A stretch of 64,000 nt of DNA from contig JAUCBJ010009057.1 in assembly GCA_032718475.1 (NCBI GenBank), positions 62,001 through 126,000 of the forward strand, read 5' to 3'. Origin of the DNA: Nemertoderma westbladi. Taxonomy: Eukaryota > Animalia > Xenacoelomorpha. Position 1 is the stretch's first letter. Every line of letters starts with the position of its first letter. Both the position numbers and the translations under genes were made by a program. Shown one piece after another: positions 60,603 to 64,000 of this stretch. The notes under the pieces were generated by a model. It had not been told where the DNA came from. It made no database searches and saw only the letters and a program-made list of their open reading frames with translations.

Positions 60603-63600
60603 ATGGTAGCAAGAACAACGAGACCCTTGGACGAAAACAGATCGTGTGACACAGATATATGGAGGGGGCCGCTACCCCCAATGACATACCCAAGCCAGAG
60701 AAGGTCAAGAAGTAGGACAGACGGAACGCACCAAACAGGGGAAACTATACAGCACCCGTCGAATCCATTGGAAGCGCAGGCGATAGGGATGGCCACGTTG
60801 ATCGATGCTTTGAAAACGAGGATCGAGTTACCACCCGTGGAACCATTCAAGTTCGACGGGAGTAGGCCGGAAGAATATTTACAATTTCGGCGAATGTATA
60901 GTAACGAAATACTAACAAAAAACTTGACGCAGGCGGGCCTAAAGTATCTACAAGTGTATACGGGAGGCCCAGCATACGATATCGTGAGGCAATACCAAGG
61001 AATAGAGGGCGGCTTCACGACAGCATGGCGGGCACTGGATAGGGAATACGGGCACCCGGCCAAGATCATCAGGCAGACCCTGAGAGGCATAACATCGGGT
61101 GGCCTACAGGATAACCCCGTTAGCATTAAGACGTTTGCTAACAAAGTCGAAAAGGCGCTAATCGTACTGAAGACGCTAGACGCGCCGTACGAGCTCAATG
61201 CGTCCAACAACATCACCACGATAGCGCAGGCACTACCGAACTGGCTGCGCAACAAGTGGAGAAAAATCGCCTTCTCCACTCGAGATAAGAAGGGTGCGGA
61301 ACCAGGTTTAGAAGAAATGTCAAACTTCTTAAATTACGAGGCTGAACTAATAACGGACCCAGTCTATAGTGAAGATAGCCTGGGAAAGGGACCAAAGACA
61401 GATCACTACAGGCCGAAACCAGAGCACAATACATCAAACGCATTGCCGAGGCTCAGGCAATCATTGCCATACGCAGCGACGCAGGGGACTGCAAGTCCAC
61501 AGGCAAACGAAGATAAGACAACATCATGGAACGGACAGGGGAACAATAACAACATGAATAAACATAACCCCAGTACGTCCAGTAGGCCAAATCCAGTCAA
61601 TAAGAATAGTAGGGACTTTGGTACGAACATAGCTGCGATACGCAATGCATTGTATAAAGAGGGCTACGACCCAAAGAGCAAATGCCAGTTACACGCAAAT
61701 GCGCTTCATAAAACCATGAACTGCAGGTACTGGCAGGCGCTACCAAGGCAAGACCAGATAGATTACGCGTCGAGCAATAAGATATGCTCGCGATGTGTGA
61801 AGAGTGGACACAAGGCCAGAGAGTGCCAAGAGAAGCCTGTCAAGTTTGGCCAAAGGAGAGGCCAAACGATGGCAACGAGCACGGTAGGGGCGAAGAAGAG
61901 AGGCACGGTGTTACTTGGAGTAGTACCGGTGCGAGTGATCGGGGAAGGCAATCGATCAGTAACAACACTAATGCTGGTTGATAGTGGAGCTGCCTTCACA
62001 TTAGTAGAGGAATGGGTAGCCGAAGAAATAGGATTGAGAACAAGGCCAAGAAGGATGGCGGTAACAACCATCTCTAGCAAAGATGAGATCCTAGAGATGA
62101 GGACAGGACGGTGCGCAATTGCAGCAGTAGCACCAGGATGCGATTATGGGGCAACCATCGACCCCATCCAAGTAATAGAGTCAATTAACATCAATGCCAG
62201 GCGGCCAACCAACATCGAGGTCGAGCAATACAAATTCCTGGACAACATTGACTTCTCGATCCCAGACATGGACGTTAGGAAGGTATCCATCATAGTAGGA
62301 ATGGACTGCCCGACGGCCCACGAAAGAATGCAAACGGTCTTCGGCAAAGACAAGCAGAGCGACCCGGTGGCCATATTAACACCATTCGGGTGGACGCTGA
62401 GTGGTCCAATAAAGAGTAAGATACCATTTAGGATGTCGGAGACATCAGGATGCATGTTCGCGGGAACAATGCAGGAAATGGGTGATGAGGGAGCAGAGGA
62501 GCAGCTTAAAAGACTGCTCAGACAAGACTTTGAGGGACTGAAAGAGACCGGGGTCGGGACCTCGGTAGAAGACAAGCAGGCTCTACAAAGCGTGGAGGAA
62601 TCGATGACGTGTGATGAGGGGCGGTATACAATAGGAATGGTATGGAAACTACCGAAGATACCGCTACCCGATAATAGGGGGATGGTACTCACGAGACTCC
62701 GCAAGCTGAAACAAACACTACAACGGAGCCCCGAGAAGAACGAGTACATTCACAAAACCATTAAGAAGTACGTCGAGAAAGGATGGGCCGTGGAGTTACC
62801 GGTCGACGAGCCGAACACGGACAGGACATACTACCTGCCACTCCACGTAACATTAGACCCAAAGAAAGGTAAACTTAGGATGGTAGTCGATGCATCGGCA
62901 AAGACCGACGGAAAATGCTTAAACGATTACCTGTTGGAAGGCCCAAATATTTACAATTCGGGCATAGAAGTACTACTTAGATTTAGGAATGGGAAACACG
63001 CCTTCACGTGTGACATAGAAGGCATGTTCAACCAGGTCCGTGTAACGGAAGAAGACAGTGACAGTCAACGCTTCTTATGGTATAACGGCGAAGAAGAACC
63101 GCCGATAATACCAGCGTATAAGATGGTAGTACAAAAAATGGGGGCCAAGTCGTCCTCATTTACGACGACTATGGCAGTGAGAGACACGGTAAAGGGCAAG
63201 GAAGATAGATACAGCAGTAGGGCCGTCGATATGATCCGACGCGGCTTCTACGTAGACGACGGTATGGAGTCTGGAAATACGGTTGAGGAGATACTGGAAA
63301 CAGGGCGCGAGGTTCGCGACATCCTGAAAGGATCCGGCTTCAACCTGACCAAATTCCAATCCAGTTCAGAAGAATTTATCAAGGCAATAGAGGATAAGAA
63401 ACCAGAATCGACCATGGACAACCCTACAACAGCCAAAGGACAGGACATGGCGAATAAGAGAACACAATCGCAGCAAAAGGCATTGGGAATCGTGTGGGAT
63501 AGAGGAACAGACGAACTGAAGTACCAGCTGAGCCAAGAGGGCGCAGACACCCATACGAAGAGGGGTTATGTATCGTATATAGCAAGGATATACGATCCCC

Positions 63601-64000
63601 TAGGCCTAGCATCCCCATTACTAGTCACGGGGAAACAGATACTCAAGAGAGTATATAAATTGAAGGATGAGTGGGACATAGAGGTACCAGAGGACATCAA
63701 GAAACAGTGGAGAAAATGGACAGGAGACTTGGAAAGAATGGGAACATACAACATGCCGCGAGTGTATTTTCCGGACGGGGACATGACGAGTCTGGACCTA
63801 CATATGTTCTCCGACGCGTCGTTAGAGGCATACGGAGCGGCACTCTATTTAGTACAACGAGAGGGGGCTCACAAGCCCAGACTAGCCTTTAGCAAAGCTA
63901 AGTCAACGCCGCCAGATTCAGCATCTGTTCCCAAGTTAGAATTGACAGCTGCGAGACTAGGAGTTAGAGCCACAGCCTACCTAGTGGATACTATTCCCAA
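60603..64000 (+). CDS. gag-pol: Gag core-PR-RT-RNase H of element C, open to the window end (absent from the ORF track, which lists only ORFs that end in the window)
   Basis: Manual translation in one frame: LPPVEPFKFDGSRPEEYLQF (DUF1759-like), CSRCVKSGHKAREC, LVDSGA (GAT at 61980), KLRMVVDAS, CDIEGMFNQV, FYVDD (TAC at 63249), LHMFSDAS (63801), VPKLEL. Confidence 0.93.
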   Translation, partial: MVARTTRPLDENRSCDTDIWRGPLPPMTYPSQRRSRSRTDGTHQTGETIQHPSNPLEAQAIGMATLIDALKTRIELPPVEPFKFDGSRPEEYLQFRRMYSNEILTKNLTQAGLKYLQVYTGGPAYDIVRQYQGIEGGFTTAWRALDREYGHPAKIIRQTLRGITSGGLQDNPVSIKTFANKVEKALIVLKTLDAPYELNASNNITTIAQALPNWLRNKWRKIAFSTRDKKGAEPGLEEMSNFLNYEAELITDPVYSEDSLGKGPKTDHYRPKPEHNTSNALPRLRQSLPYAATQGTASPQANEDKTTSWNGQGNNNNMNKHNPSTSSRPNPVNKNSRDFGTNIAAIRNALYKEGYDPKSKCQLHANALHKTMNCRYWQALPRQDQIDYASSNKICSRCVKSGHKARECQEKPVKFGQRRGQTMATSTVGAKKRGTVLLGVVPVRVIGEGNRSVTTLMLVDSGAAFTLVEEWVAEEIGLRTRPRRMAVTTISSKDEILEMRTGRCAIAAVAPGCDYGATIDPIQVIESININARRPTNIEVEQYKFLDNIDFSIPDMDVRKVSIIVGMDCPTAHERMQTVFGKDKQSDPVAILTPFGWTLSGPIKSKIPFRMSETSGCMFAGTMQEMGDEGAEEQLKRLLRQDFEGLKETGVGTSVEDKQALQSVEESMTCDEGRYTIGMVWKLPKIPLPDNRGMVLTRLRKLKQTLQRSPEKNEYIHKTIKKYVEKGWAVELPVDEPNTDRTYYLPLHVTLDPKKGKLRMVVDASAKTDGKCLNDYLLEGPNIYNSGIEVLLRFRNGKHAFTCDIEGMFNQVRVTEEDSDSQRFLWYNGEEEPPIIPAYKMVVQKMGAKSSSFTTTMAVRDTVKGKEDRYSSRAVDMIRRGFYVDDGMESGNTVEEILETGREVRDILKGSGFNLTKFQSSSEEFIKAIEDKKPESTMDNPTTAKGQDMANKRTQSQQKALGIVWDRGTDELKYQLSQEGADTHTKRGYVSYIARIYDPLGLASPLLVTGKQILKRVYKLKDEWDIEVPEDIKKQWRKWTGDLERMGTYNMPRVYFPDGDMTSLDLHMFSDASLEAYGAALYLVQREGAHKPRLAFSKAKSTPPDSASVPKLELTAARLGVRATAYLVDTIP

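Larger units (their letters stand above)
56653..64000 (+). mobile_element. Element C: distinct BEL/Pao LTR retrotransposon nested in element B, extends past the window end
   Basis: Homology to B stops exactly before TGTTAGC at 56653, followed by a long gag-pol with BEL motifs. The expected TSD would be CTGAA (56648-56652). Confidence 0.93.

Overview
Animal (metazoan) heterochromatin-like window with no host genes. A 28-bp satellite (ATGTAAGTACCGCAAGTATTGGTGTAYC) fills 1-3075 and 27847-55029, with a 100-N gap at 34518-34617 and kb-scale higher-order duplications. The satellite is interrupted by an unusually long BEL/Pao LTR retrotransposon (element A, about 18.7 kb when reconstructed; ~1.18-kb LTRs; GCAAG target-site duplication). 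A is present as a 10,567-bp tandem duplication: a 3'-truncated copy A1 plus an internally deleted copy A2. Downstream of pol it carries a ~1,400-aa extra ORF with zinc knuckles and a basic tail, which does not look like Env. A diverged relative (B) abuts the right end of the array in reverse orientation, and a different BEL/Pao element (C) is nested in B and runs off the window. The main unexpected result is that neither A nor C has a tRNA-type (TGG) primer-binding site. In both, the bases right after the 5' LTR are complementary to a sequence inside the same LTR (11/11 in A), which suggests Tf1-like self-primed reverse transcription in BEL/Pao. Also notable are a cluster of five perfect AG|GTAAGT splice donors in gag and a satellite unit that resembles a U1-binding site. 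Everything was read by eye, without alignments or database searches.
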